A stretch of DNA of 36,279 nt from a virus (Duplodnaviria; Caudoviricetes). The position numbers and the translations under genes are program-made. Shown piece by piece: positions 7,940 through 16,426 of the stretch. Positions within the stretch are counted from its first letter, which is position 1, and the number at the start of each line of letters is the position of its first letter. Below the pieces are notes generated by a model. The model saw only the letters and a list, made by a program, of their open reading frames with translations. It made no database searches and had not been told where the DNA came from. The stretch is from positions 1 through 36,279 of IMG/VR virus record IMGVR_UViG_3300021411_000015. One strand, written 5' to 3'.

Positions 7940-8553
7940 GCACCGTTAGTGCAGTAATTCCCACGATCCCGGGCCGCGAGGAGTTGTTTCACCGCGCCAT
8001 CGATTCGGTGGTTGCGCAGACCCGCCCGGTCGACACCATCCTGTACGGCTCCGACACTGAGGGCCGCGGTCCCGCCTACTCCCGCAACGTCATCATGGCC
8101 GGCGCGCAGACCGACTTCGTGGCATTCCTCGACGACGACGACACCTGGTATCCGCACCACATCGAAGGCCTCATGTCGGTTGCCGAGGGCGCCGACGTCA
8201 TCTATCCCTGGTTCGACGGCGCCCACTCGGACTACCTGAAGGTGCCCGTCAACGGCCGCCTGAAGACCCCGCTGGGTGTTGAGTTCGGACCCGAGCAGGC
8301 CGCGTTCATCCGGCACCAGAACTTCATCCCGGTCACCTTCATGGCCCGCACGTCGCTGGTCGTGCAGGTCGGCGGTTTCGAGAAGCCCTGGTGGATGCCG
8401 CCGGAGTGCCCGGCCGAGGACTGGGGTCTGCTGCTGAAACTGCTGGATGCCGGCGCCCGGTTCACGCATTACCCCGCGGTCACCTGGACGTGGCACGGCC
8501 ATGCCGGCCAGACCAACGGCCGATCCTGGAAGCAGGGAGCACTCAATGCCTGA
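7936..8553 (+). CDS. Glycosyltransferase family 2 (GT-A)
   Basis: SAVIPT...RAIDSV..QT, GPAYSRN, FVAFLDDDD, VGGF, EDW motifs; ATGA-coupled. Confidence 0.92.
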   Translation: MSTVSAVIPTIPGREELFHRAIDSVVAQTRPVDTILYGSDTEGRGPAYSRNVIMAGAQTDFVAFLDDDDTWYPHHIEGLMSVAEGADVIYPWFDGAHSDYLKVPVNGRLKTPLGVEFGPEQAAFIRHQNFIPVTFMARTSLVVQVGGFEKPWWMPPECPAEDWGLLLKLLDAGARFTHYPAVTWTWHGHAGQTNGRSWKQGALNA

Positions 8554-9838
8554 GATCACAGCACCCGCGCTGGTCGCCGCCGCGGCCGGTGAGATCGCCT
8601 GGTCCGCCCCGCTCATCCAAGAGGGCGTCTGGACATCGGACGGCCGGTACATCGAGCCCGGCGCGCTGACCTTCCGGGATCTGCCGCTGACGTTCATGGC
8701 GATGACCACGACTGCCGACGGTCACGACGGCGCGCAGGCGTCCGGCCGGATCGACACGATCGAACGGGTTGAGAACGGCGACGGCACGAACAACATCGTC
8801 GGGCATGGCATCTTCGACGGTGGCTCACCGATCGGGCTGGAGGCCGCGCGACTGGTCCGCACCCAGGTTATTCGTGGTGTCTCGGCTGACCTGTCCGTCT
8901 CGGACTCCAAGATCGAGGTCGAAGAGACCGACGACGAGGCGGCCATGCCGACGATCAAGTTCACCGTGCTGGCCGGTGAGCTGCTCGGCGCGACGCTCTG
9001 CCCGATGCCAGCCTTCGCCGGCTGCGTGATCACCCTCGACGACGAGGAGGCCGCCCCGACCGAGGCCGCCGCGAATGCCCCGAAGATCCACATTGAGGTC
9101 AACGCCGTCGAGCCGTGGCACACCATCAACGCCGCCGATGACTGCGTGCCCTGCACCGAGGCCCGCGAGGCGGTGACCGCCTCGGCGATCCCCACCGCGC
9201 CGCCGGCCGACTGGTTCACCGACCCGCAACTGACCGGCCCGACCGCACTGCAGATCACCGACGACGGCCGGATCTTCGGGCACCTCGCCGCCTGGGGTAC
9301 CTGTCACACCGGCTTCGACGGCCAGTGCGTGCTGGCTCCCCGCTCGAATACCAACTATGGCTACTTCCGGACCGGCTGCGTGCAATGCGCGGACGGCACC
9401 GTGGTGGCGACCGGGCCGATCACGATGGGCACCGGGCACGCCCCGATCACCGCCGGCCGGCAGGTCGCCGTCGAGCACTACGACAACACCGGCACCGGTG
9501 TCGCGGACGTAGCGCTCGGCGAGGACGCCTACGGCCCATGGCTGGCCGGCGCGCTCCGCCCGGGCGTCACACCCGAGCAGGTCCGCACGCTCCGCGCGTC
9601 GGCGCTGTCGGGGGACTGGCGCCGCGTCGGCTCCGGGCTGGAGTTGGTCGCCGCACTGGCCGTGAACACGCCCGGCTTCGTGATCGCCCGGGTCGCCTCC
9701 GGTGCGCCGTTGGCGTTGGTCGCCGCCGGAACCGTGGTCGCGCAGCCCGATGTGATGGCCGAACTCCGCGACGAACTGGCCGCGCTCCGGCGGGAACGGC
9801 AGGCCCAACGCCTCGTCGCGAAGATCCGCGCCACCTGA
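8546..9838 (+). CDS. Capsid maturation protease
   Basis: ATG 8546 after GGGAG; EG..TSDGR, GHDGA, GVSAD in the N-half; GRIFGHLA.WGTCH, HYDN, LSGDWR...LAVNTPGF in the C-half (two protease-like halves); position before capsid gene. Confidence 0.8.
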   Translation: MPEITAPALVAAAAGEIAWSAPLIQEGVWTSDGRYIEPGALTFRDLPLTFMAMTTTADGHDGAQASGRIDTIERVENGDGTNNIVGHGIFDGGSPIGLEAARLVRTQVIRGVSADLSVSDSKIEVEETDDEAAMPTIKFTVLAGELLGATLCPMPAFAGCVITLDDEEAAPTEAAANAPKIHIEVNAVEPWHTINAADDCVPCTEAREAVTASAIPTAPPADWFTDPQLTGPTALQITDDGRIFGHLAAWGTCHTGFDGQCVLAPRSNTNYGYFRTGCVQCADGTVVATGPITMGTGHAPITAGRQVAVEHYDNTGTGVADVALGEDAYGPWLAGALRPGVTPEQVRTLRASALSGDWRRVGSGLELVAALAVNTPGFVIARVASGAPLALVAAGTVVAQPDVMAELRDELAALRRERQAQRLVAKIRAT

Positions 9839-9870
9839 TCCATCTCCTATGTCCTATCGAATGCCTGATG

Positions 9871-9972
9871 TACGATGCGGGTGCGCGGCCTAGCCGGCTA
9901 CCTGTTACGCCTGAGCGGCACCTAGTGACCTCGGCGACATGCAATCCATTCCTGTAGCCGGAAGGCCCCACT
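9871..9972 (+). promoter_or_regulatory. Putative promoter (-10 TACGAT) and structured 5' leader of capsid gene
   Basis: TACGAT at 9871-9876; nested inverted repeats from 9887 to 9967 covering the GGAAGG RBS. Confidence 0.5.
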
Positions 9973-11691
9973 ATGTCCACCGAGGAATTGCGTGCCCTCC
10001 TTGCCCGCCTCAATGGCGACGGTGAGGCACTGACCGATACCGAACTCGACAGCCTGAACGCGGCCCTGCTGGCCCGCGCCGATGAACTCCTGGACGGCGA
10101 TTCGACCCCTGAGGTCATCACCGAACTGGAGTCGATCGCCGACGCCAAGGAAGTCGCGAAGACGCTGGGCGAGACCCGCGCAAGTGAGAAGGCCGAGGCC
10201 GAGCAGAAGCGGACCGACCTGATCGCGCGCATCAAGGCCTCCGAGCCGGTCGCCGAGACCGAAGGCGAGACCGTCGAAGAGCCGGCCGCCGAGGTAGTCG
10301 AGGTCGCCGAGCCAGTCGCTGAGGTCATCGAGACCCCCGTCGAAGAGCCTGTTGCTGTCGCTGCGTCCACTACGCTGCGTCGGGTCAATCTGGCTGCCAT
10401 GAACGCCGCTCGGCCCCGGTCGGCCGCACCGCAGCCGAAGCCCGATCAAGGCATGCGCGCCAAGGCGACCGTGTTCGCGATCGAAGGCAGCAGCGGCGTC
10501 CGTCCCGGCGATGAGATCCCATCCCTGGAGACTCTGTCGGAGCTGATGGCCGAACGCCTGCAGCGCGGCACCCGCGGCCAGGAGATGCGCCTGGCGACGC
10601 TGAAGACGATCTACCCCGAAGAGCGCACCCTGCGCGAGAAGGGCAGCGCCGAAGACAACAGCGCCAAGATCGAAGCCGCATTCGGTGCCCAGGGCCTCGT
10701 CGCCTCCGGCGGCATCTGCACCCCCGTCGCGGTGGATTACACGATCCCGGTGTTCGGCGCCTCCACCGACCGGCCGCTGCGGGACGCGCTCCCGCGTTTC
10801 GGTGCCGACCGTGGCGGTATCCGCTTCGTCGCCCCGGTGTCGTATGCGACCCCGGCCGGCAGTGTGGGTATCTGGACCGCCGCCGTCGATGCCTCCCCGG
10901 GCACCGCGACCAAGGCGCTCTACACCGTGGTCTGTGGTGCTGAGGTCCAGGTGCTCGTCGATGCGATCACGATGCGGCTGAAGGTCGGCAACATGCAGGG
11001 CCGGTTCTCTCCGGAGCAGGTCGCCGAAATCGTCCAGTTGTCGCTGTCCAATGCGGCCCGGACGGCCGAGCTCAACCTGTGGGCGAAGATCAACGCCGCC
11101 TCGACGGCCGTGACGGCCGGCGTTACCGGAACTGGCGCGTTCGGTGCAACCCGCGACCTGCTGGAGCAGATCGACCGGGCTGCGTCGGCGATGCGGTATC
11201 GCAACCGGGCGAACCCGAAGCAGACGTTCCGGGCTCTGTTCCCCGAGTTCATGCGCGGCATCATCCGGACCGATATGGCCCGGGAAATCGCGCACGACAA
11301 TGCTGGCTCGGTCAACGTCCTGGCCATCACCGACCAGGTGATCGACAACTGGTTCGCGGACCGGGGCATCGGTGCGACATTCCTGATGGACCCGCTCCCG
11401 GCCGTCACAGGCACCAGCGGCTACCCATTCCAGGGTTTCGCCGCGCAGGCCGTGTCCGCGCTGAATGCGTGGCCGGTCAGCGCCTCCTGGAATATCTTCC
11501 CCGAGGGCGCTTTCCAGTTCCTCGACGGTGGCTCGCTGGATCTCGGCATCGTGCGCGACTCCACATTGGACGGTACGAACGACTACGAGACCTTCGTGGA
11601 GACGTTCGAGTCGGTTGCGTTCCGGAGCGTGGAAGCGCTGCAAATCGTGTCGATCATTAACCCGTCCGGTCGCTCCGGCACGAGCGCGTAG
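9973..11691 (+). CDS. Major capsid (hexamer) protein with N-terminal scaffold-like region
   Basis: Acidic/coiled N-terminal ~170 aa, 'LVASGGICTP', 'RDALP.F.ADRGGIRF', 'LDGGSLDLGIVRDS.L..TNDY..F.ETFE' motifs. Confidence 0.88.
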   Translation: MSTEELRALLARLNGDGEALTDTELDSLNAALLARADELLDGDSTPEVITELESIADAKEVAKTLGETRASEKAEAEQKRTDLIARIKASEPVAETEGETVEEPAAEVVEVAEPVAEVIETPVEEPVAVAASTTLRRVNLAAMNAARPRSAAPQPKPDQGMRAKATVFAIEGSSGVRPGDEIPSLETLSELMAERLQRGTRGQEMRLATLKTIYPEERTLREKGSAEDNSAKIEAAFGAQGLVASGGICTPVAVDYTIPVFGASTDRPLRDALPRFGADRGGIRFVAPVSYATPAGSVGIWTAAVDASPGTATKALYTVVCGAEVQVLVDAITMRLKVGNMQGRFSPEQVAEIVQLSLSNAARTAELNLWAKINAASTAVTAGVTGTGAFGATRDLLEQIDRAASAMRYRNRANPKQTFRALFPEFMRGIIRTDMAREIAHDNAGSVNVLAITDQVIDNWFADRGIGATFLMDPLPAVTGTSGYPFQGFAAQAVSALNAWPVSASWNIFPEGAFQFLDGGSLDLGIVRDSTLDGTNDYETFVETFESVAFRSVEALQIVSIINPSGRSGTSA

Positions 11692-11693
11692 CC

Positions 11694-11924
11694 ATGGAGA
11701 CCATCTACATCACCGATGGCGCGGGCAACTACGTCAGTCTTGCCTACATCACCGACGTAACAGTGGAGAGCGACCTAGTCACTGGACACGGCTATCTCGT
11801 GCATTTCAATCACGAGGGCAGCACGAAAATGACACTGGGCCACGGCCTCACGCTCGATCAAATCACCGCTGGCCTGCGTCGCAGCGCTGTAATCCTCGCC
11901 AGCGACGACCTCTTCGGGTCATGA
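11694..11924 (+). CDS. Hypothetical 76-aa protein (possible capsid accessory)
   Basis: Starts 2 nt after capsid stop; lies between the two capsid genes. Confidence 0.65.
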   Translation: METIYITDGAGNYVSLAYITDVTVESDLVTGHGYLVHFNHEGSTKMTLGHGLTLDQITAGLRRSAVILASDDLFGS

Positions 11925-11930
11925 CAGGAC

Positions 11931-11965
11931 TGCCTGCCTCGGTGAGCGGGTCACCGAGGCAGGCA
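11931..11965. terminator. Perfect 15-bp hairpin (terminator/attenuator or RNA stabiliser)
   Basis: TGCCTGCCTCGGTGA-gcggg-TCACCGAGGCAGGCA; no U-tract. Confidence 0.7.
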
Positions 11966-11988
11966 CCCAAATCCGAGAGGAGGACGCC

Positions 11989-12915
11989 ATGACATTCGGA
12001 AGAATTGCGATTGATGCGCCACCCCTGGCGCCGCGTGCGCTCAGTCTCGTCACCGCTGGTATCGACGCGCTGCACCCGAATGATCCGACGAACGGCGACT
12101 GGGTCAAGGGATTCACCTACGCCCCGGAGAATTCCGCCCAGCCCGGCGAAGTTCGGGATGTGTGTGATACCGGCACGGTGGACCCGAATTCCTGGACGAA
12201 TGCGCCCGTTGTCTCCTATGACCCGTTCCTGATCGTGGCCGCCGACAAATGCTCATCGTTCGGCTTCGCAGCCCGCGACTATGTGGGACGAGCATTGCGG
12301 CTGCTGGATTACGTCACCCCCAATCAGCTCGAGCTGGAATTCTGGAAGGGCACCCTGGCGCAGGCCAAGGGATACCCCAACCGGTATCTGGCCGACGCCA
12401 ATGTCGTGGATGTCACGCCCGTCACCGGCACTGCCGTCTCCCGCATCCGGGGCACCGAACTGCTGGAGCAGGCGATGGCGAACTGCGGCGCCGGCCAGCA
12501 GGCCTACATCCACATGCAGCCAGAGAATGCCGGCCAGCTCGGCCAGTTCACCCGCCGCGTCGGGAATCTCATGCTGTCCCCCATCGATTCGATCATCGTC
12601 CCCGGCGTCGGATATCCCGGCACCGGACCAGGCGGGGTGACGGCCACGGCCGGCACCACGTGGATGTATGCGACCGGCCCGGTCCGGGTCCGCCTCGGCG
12701 ACCCGATGATATTCCCGGACGGTCACGAGGATTCGGTTATGAATATCGGCCGCGATGAAAACGGTAATTACTCCATTCCAGTTGATGCCGAGAGCATTCT
12801 CGGATCCGCCATCGACAGGTCCAAGAACACGATCACGATCCGCGCCGAAAGGCTGGCGGCTGCCTCATTTGATGGCGGCTGCCAGTTCGCGGTGCTGGTC
12901 AACTTCGACAGTTAG
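11989..12915 (+). CDS. Major capsid pentamer protein (second HK97-fold capsid protein)
   Basis: GAGGAGG RBS; W..GF.Y, PF.IVA...CS..G, LE.EFW.G, G.GY.G.GP, WMYATG.V.V, D...N.....AER motifs, as in pentamer proteins of two-capsid actinophages. Confidence 0.75.
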   Translation: MTFGRIAIDAPPLAPRALSLVTAGIDALHPNDPTNGDWVKGFTYAPENSAQPGEVRDVCDTGTVDPNSWTNAPVVSYDPFLIVAADKCSSFGFAARDYVGRALRLLDYVTPNQLELEFWKGTLAQAKGYPNRYLADANVVDVTPVTGTAVSRIRGTELLEQAMANCGAGQQAYIHMQPENAGQLGQFTRRVGNLMLSPIDSIIVPGVGYPGTGPGGVTATAGTTWMYATGPVRVRLGDPMIFPDGHEDSVMNIGRDENGNYSIPVDAESILGSAIDRSKNTITIRAERLAAASFDGGCQFAVLVNFDS

Positions 12916-12926
12916 GGACTCGTCAA

Positions 12927-13907
12927 ATGGTATCCACGCTTACGACCACGGCGGCGGCCCTCGAAGCTGTCGCAATGCGGGTCACCCAACTCAACCCGGA
13001 CGGCTCGATCTCCTCGGGCAACGCCTATTACGTCACCAACCAGTTCACCAAGATTTCGCCCTCCCCGAACCTGGAGTCCGGCGATGACATCGCGGTGAAG
13101 AACGCCGCCGGTGACCTGTGCATCACGTACAAGCACGGCGACATGACCAAGCGGCTGGACATGGAGATCGACCTGTGTGCCCCCGATGAGGTGCTGGAGC
13201 AGTTCCTCGCCGGTGGCACACTGCTGGTCGACAATGCCGTGGCCCTGCTCGCACCATCCGCCGTCTCCGCGACGGTCTCCGCGACGGGCGGCCTGCTGCC
13301 GGCCGGTGGCGTCCAATACGAGGTCACCACGCTCGGCCGGTACGGGGAGACCACGCCCTCCACGGCGGCATCCATCACCGCGACGGGGACTGCGTCCTCG
13401 GCTGTCGTGACTTGGACCGCGCCGGTGTCCGGGACGATCGTGGCCTACAAGATCTACCGCAAGGTCGGTTCCAGCTACGCATGGGTCGGCCAGGTCCCCG
13501 CCGGCACGTTGACGTTCACTGACGTCGGTTCCGCGCCGCTGGGTGGCGGCCCGCCGGCCTCCAACGGCTCGGCCGGTATCGGCACGGTCGGCTACGCGGC
13601 CCCGGACATCAACATCGTCGGCGCCCCCAACGGTGTCGGCCTGGAGGTGTGGACCAAGGCCATCGTCAACGGCAACGCCCTGGGCTACCGGCGCTGGGTG
13701 TATCCGTGGGTGCGGAACCTCGTCCGCGACAACTACACCCTGGACAACAACCCGGTGGACAACATCTTCAAGGGCGAGGGCTACCCGAACCCGCTGTTCG
13801 GGTCCGGCCCGGTCGGCGACTGGCCGCTGACGTCCTCGAAGCTGTTCCAGCGGGCGCTGGAGACCTCGTTCCCGGCCAGCACCAACGGCCCGGTCCTGAT
13901 TCCGTAA
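12927..13907 (+). CDS. Major tail (tube) protein with inserted FN3/Ig-like domain
   Basis: RVT.L..DG, E.GDDI.VKNAAG.LC, LC.PD, GLEVWTK..YRRWVYPW; Ser/Thr-rich insert with Y.VT....GET, V.WTAP, Y.IYR, FTD.G. Confidence 0.8.
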   Translation: MVSTLTTTAAALEAVAMRVTQLNPDGSISSGNAYYVTNQFTKISPSPNLESGDDIAVKNAAGDLCITYKHGDMTKRLDMEIDLCAPDEVLEQFLAGGTLLVDNAVALLAPSAVSATVSATGGLLPAGGVQYEVTTLGRYGETTPSTAASITATGTASSAVVTWTAPVSGTIVAYKIYRKVGSSYAWVGQVPAGTLTFTDVGSAPLGGGPPASNGSAGIGTVGYAAPDINIVGAPNGVGLEVWTKAIVNGNALGYRRWVYPWVRNLVRDNYTLDNNPVDNIFKGEGYPNPLFGSGPVGDWPLTSSKLFQRALETSFPASTNGPVLIP

Positions 13908-13908
13908 C

Positions 13909-14757
13909 GTGACCGCTCCGACCCTCCCGGGTCTGGCCACGCCGTGGATCACCGGGCAGGACGTCGTCGTGCGTCCTGCCGTGAAGGATCTCGACCAGTC
14001 GGTGCTGGAGTCGGCCGCGGGGATCGCCTCGGAGATCCTGTATGCCCTCTCTGGCCGGCAGTTCAACGGTGGCGGCGCGGCGGCGGTGGTGCGTCCCGCC
14101 GCGACCCCGTACGGACTACGTCCCTGGGGTGCCGGGGGGCTGGCCGGGATGGGTTGGTACTCCTCGTCGTGGGGATCGTGCACGTCGCAGATGATGGGCA
14201 CGCCGGGCCAGTACGGCTGGTTCGACTGGCATTTGACCTGCCCAAAACCGCCAGAGATCCAGCTCGGCGCCTATCCGGTCACCGACGTCTCCGAGGCGCT
14301 CATCGACGGGGTTGTCATCCCGGCCGACGAGTACCGCCTGGACGACAACCGAACGCTGGTCCGGGTCATGCCCACGGCATCCTCGACGCCGACGCAGCGG
14401 TACGGCTGGCCGGTGTGTCAACGCATCGACCTGCCGGCCACGCAGCCGGGCACCTTCCAGGTGTCGTTCGCCTACGGCCGCATCCCACCGCGGGGTGGTA
14501 TTCAGGCTGCGAAGGTGCTGGCGCAGCAGATCGCGCTGGCCGCGGTCGGGCAGACCAACCGGCTCCCGGCTCGGGTCACGACGGTCACCCGGCAGGGCAT
14601 CACCGCGGTCGCGCTCGACACGCTTGACCTGATCGATAAGGGCCGCACGGGTCTATTCGAGTGCGATCTCTGGGTCAAGACGGTCAACCCGGCGAAGCTC
14701 GTCCGCAGATCGCAGGCCTGGTCACCGGATATCGGCCGGCCACGGCGGATGGGCTGA
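13909..14757 (+). CDS. Head-to-tail adaptor
   Basis: ASEILYALSGRQF, VRP, IDGVV...YR.D, WP.CQ, LP.RVT.VTRQG, G.TG..E.D.W...VNP motifs. Confidence 0.8.
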   Translation: MTAPTLPGLATPWITGQDVVVRPAVKDLDQSVLESAAGIASEILYALSGRQFNGGGAAAVVRPAATPYGLRPWGAGGLAGMGWYSSSWGSCTSQMMGTPGQYGWFDWHLTCPKPPEIQLGAYPVTDVSEALIDGVVIPADEYRLDDNRTLVRVMPTASSTPTQRYGWPVCQRIDLPATQPGTFQVSFAYGRIPPRGGIQAAKVLAQQIALAAVGQTNRLPARVTTVTRQGITAVALDTLDLIDKGRTGLFECDLWVKTVNPAKLVRRSQAWSPDIGRPRRMG

Positions 14758-15305
14758 TGATCGCGACCGGTACCTACCCGGAGCAGATCCTGTATCTGTG
14801 CCAGCGGGTGCTGCAGGCCGTCGTCTACGGCTTCACCCAGGCCGGCGTCGAACTGCCCGAACGCAGGATCGTGTTCGGCGGCGTCCAGCCACCGTATGAC
14901 CCGGACAACCCCGACAGTCCCGATCCCGGCATGCTCGCCGTCGGGCTGGCGTTGCTGAGTCAGGGCAAACCCGGCAACCCGCAGGCCTCCGAGCAGATCC
15001 CGCCGCTCGGCCCCCGGTACGCCACCATCCAGATCGAGCTGTGGCGCCCCGCGTCCGGACTGACGATGCAGATCCAATTGCCGGACGACGCCACGATGGA
15101 AGGCGACGCGGCGACGTTCATGACGGATGCCTCCGTGCTGTGGGGCACGCTGGAGACCGCCCGGGCGGCCGACCGGGGCGCACCGAACTACATCACCGGC
15201 CCGCATACCCCGTTCGCGATCTCCTGGGTCCGCCCGGCGGCCATCACCGGCGGGACCGGCGGGACCATCGGGCAGATCGCCTGCTCGATTACCGGTGACC
15301 CGTGA
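14757..15305 (+). CDS. Neck/tail-completion protein (hypothetical)
   Basis: TGATG overlap with adaptor; position in neck block. Confidence 0.65.
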   Translation: MIATGTYPEQILYLCQRVLQAVVYGFTQAGVELPERRIVFGGVQPPYDPDNPDSPDPGMLAVGLALLSQGKPGNPQASEQIPPLGPRYATIQIELWRPASGLTMQIQLPDDATMEGDAATFMTDASVLWGTLETARAADRGAPNYITGPHTPFAISWVRPAAITGGTGGTIGQIACSITGDP

Positions 15306-15706
15306 CCGGCAGCTTCCAGACCATCATCGACGGCGCCGAGGTCGAGAAGATCGTGCGTTCGGACAGCGGCGACGTGTTCCGGTACCTGTTCCGCAAAGGC
15401 CAGGATGTCCAGGACCGCGCGAAGCTGCAGGTCGGGAAACGCACCGGCCGGCTCGAGCAGTCCATCGTCAAACGCTTCGGCCACGCCGACGGCGACCTGG
15501 AAGTCCTGATCGGGTCCGATGTGGACTATGCCCGGCTGCACCACGACGGCACCCGGGAACACGAGATATACGCCAAGAATGGCCGGGCGTTGTCGTTCTA
15601 CTGGCCGAAAGCCGGCCGCGTCGTCACCTTCCAGTCCGTGCATCACCCCGGAACCCGCCCCAATCCGTACCTCGCTTCACCGCTCCGCGAGGTCATGGGC
15701 CGATAA
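15302..15706 (+). CDS. HK97 gp10-like neck protein
   Basis: RTGRLEQSI, IGS.V.YA..HHDGT..H.I, V.HPGT.PNPYL motifs. Confidence 0.78.
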   Translation: MTGSFQTIIDGAEVEKIVRSDSGDVFRYLFRKGQDVQDRAKLQVGKRTGRLEQSIVKRFGHADGDLEVLIGSDVDYARLHHDGTREHEIYAKNGRALSFYWPKAGRVVTFQSVHHPGTRPNPYLASPLREVMGR

Positions 15707-15746
15707 GGCCCGCCCAACCCGCAACCCGCACCAGAAAGGCACCCGC

Positions 15747-16175
15747 ATGCCCTCACGTCATTTCGGCGCCACCCGCCCCCGCAAGGCCGAGCCGCTCACC
15801 ATCACCATCGACGCGATCCCGCTCGATGATGACAAAGAGATCGAGTCGAACGAGTTCACGTTCATGCCGGAAATCCCCGGCGGCCTGCTCATGGAAGTCG
15901 CCGCGATGACCAGCGCAGACGGCCAGCCCACCCCCGGCGGCGCCCTGCATCTGTTGGAGTCGGCGGTGCGCCCGGAGGATCACGGCCGGCTGATCAACCT
16001 GCTGAAATCGAAAGACCCCTACGTCCCGACCGAGACCATCGACGACCTATTCCAGTGGCTGAACGAGCGGTACGCGGTCCGCCCTACTGCCACGCGGTCC
16101 GGCTCTTCGGCTGGGGAGCGTCGAACGCATCCGATGTCAATGGCCGCTGGCTCCGAACGCACGATCGACGAATAG
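15747..16175 (+). CDS. Tail assembly chaperone (short form)
   Basis: AGAAAGG RBS, ATG 15747; 'WL.E.Y..RPT' followed by a Ser/Gly-rich tail; two ORFs upstream of TMP. Confidence 0.75.
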   Translation: MPSRHFGATRPRKAEPLTITIDAIPLDDDKEIESNEFTFMPEIPGGLLMEVAAMTSADGQPTPGGALHLLESAVRPEDHGRLINLLKSKDPYVPTETIDDLFQWLNERYAVRPTATRSGSSAGERRTHPMSMAAGSERTIDE

Positions 16176-16426
16176 AGGAACTCGATTCCGTCGAATGCGC
16201 GGACGTCCTCTTTGCCTATCTGATGGACGACTTCGACCCCATGACTGCCCGGAGGGAGGTTCGCGACACGATGCTCAAAATCCTGGACGAACCTTTCCTG
16301 ATCGAGCAGTTCAAGACGTGGGGCGAAACCGAGCAGGCCGAACGGTCCCAGCAACTCATCGCGCAGATGCCCGGCGGCGAGGACGAAATAGATCTCCGGG
16401 CACCGCAGGACCGGGTCCATGGCTGA
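16083..16426 (+). CDS. Tail assembly chaperone C-terminal extension (-1 frame; fused product ~15747..16426)
   Basis: Open -1 frame with no good RBS/start of its own, overlapping the chaperone end from CGC CCT AC and ending in the TMP start. Confidence 0.6.

Noticed and set aside
3653-8553. GTs as a serotype-conversion (gtrABC) or DNA-glycosylation module
   Set aside because: No flippase or multi-TM GT, and no base-modification genes nearby; late head-operon position fits these roles poorly (not formally excluded).
9922-11643. 573-aa minus-strand ORF (and similar long antisense ORFs, e.g. 3515..4855, 12912..14201, 16631..17698, 23177..24262)
   Set aside because: Shadow ORFs of GC-rich sense genes; no recognisable motifs or RBS.
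15707-15746. ACCCGCA repeated three times before the chaperone RBS
   Set aside because: Short C-rich low-complexity spacer; no support for a function.
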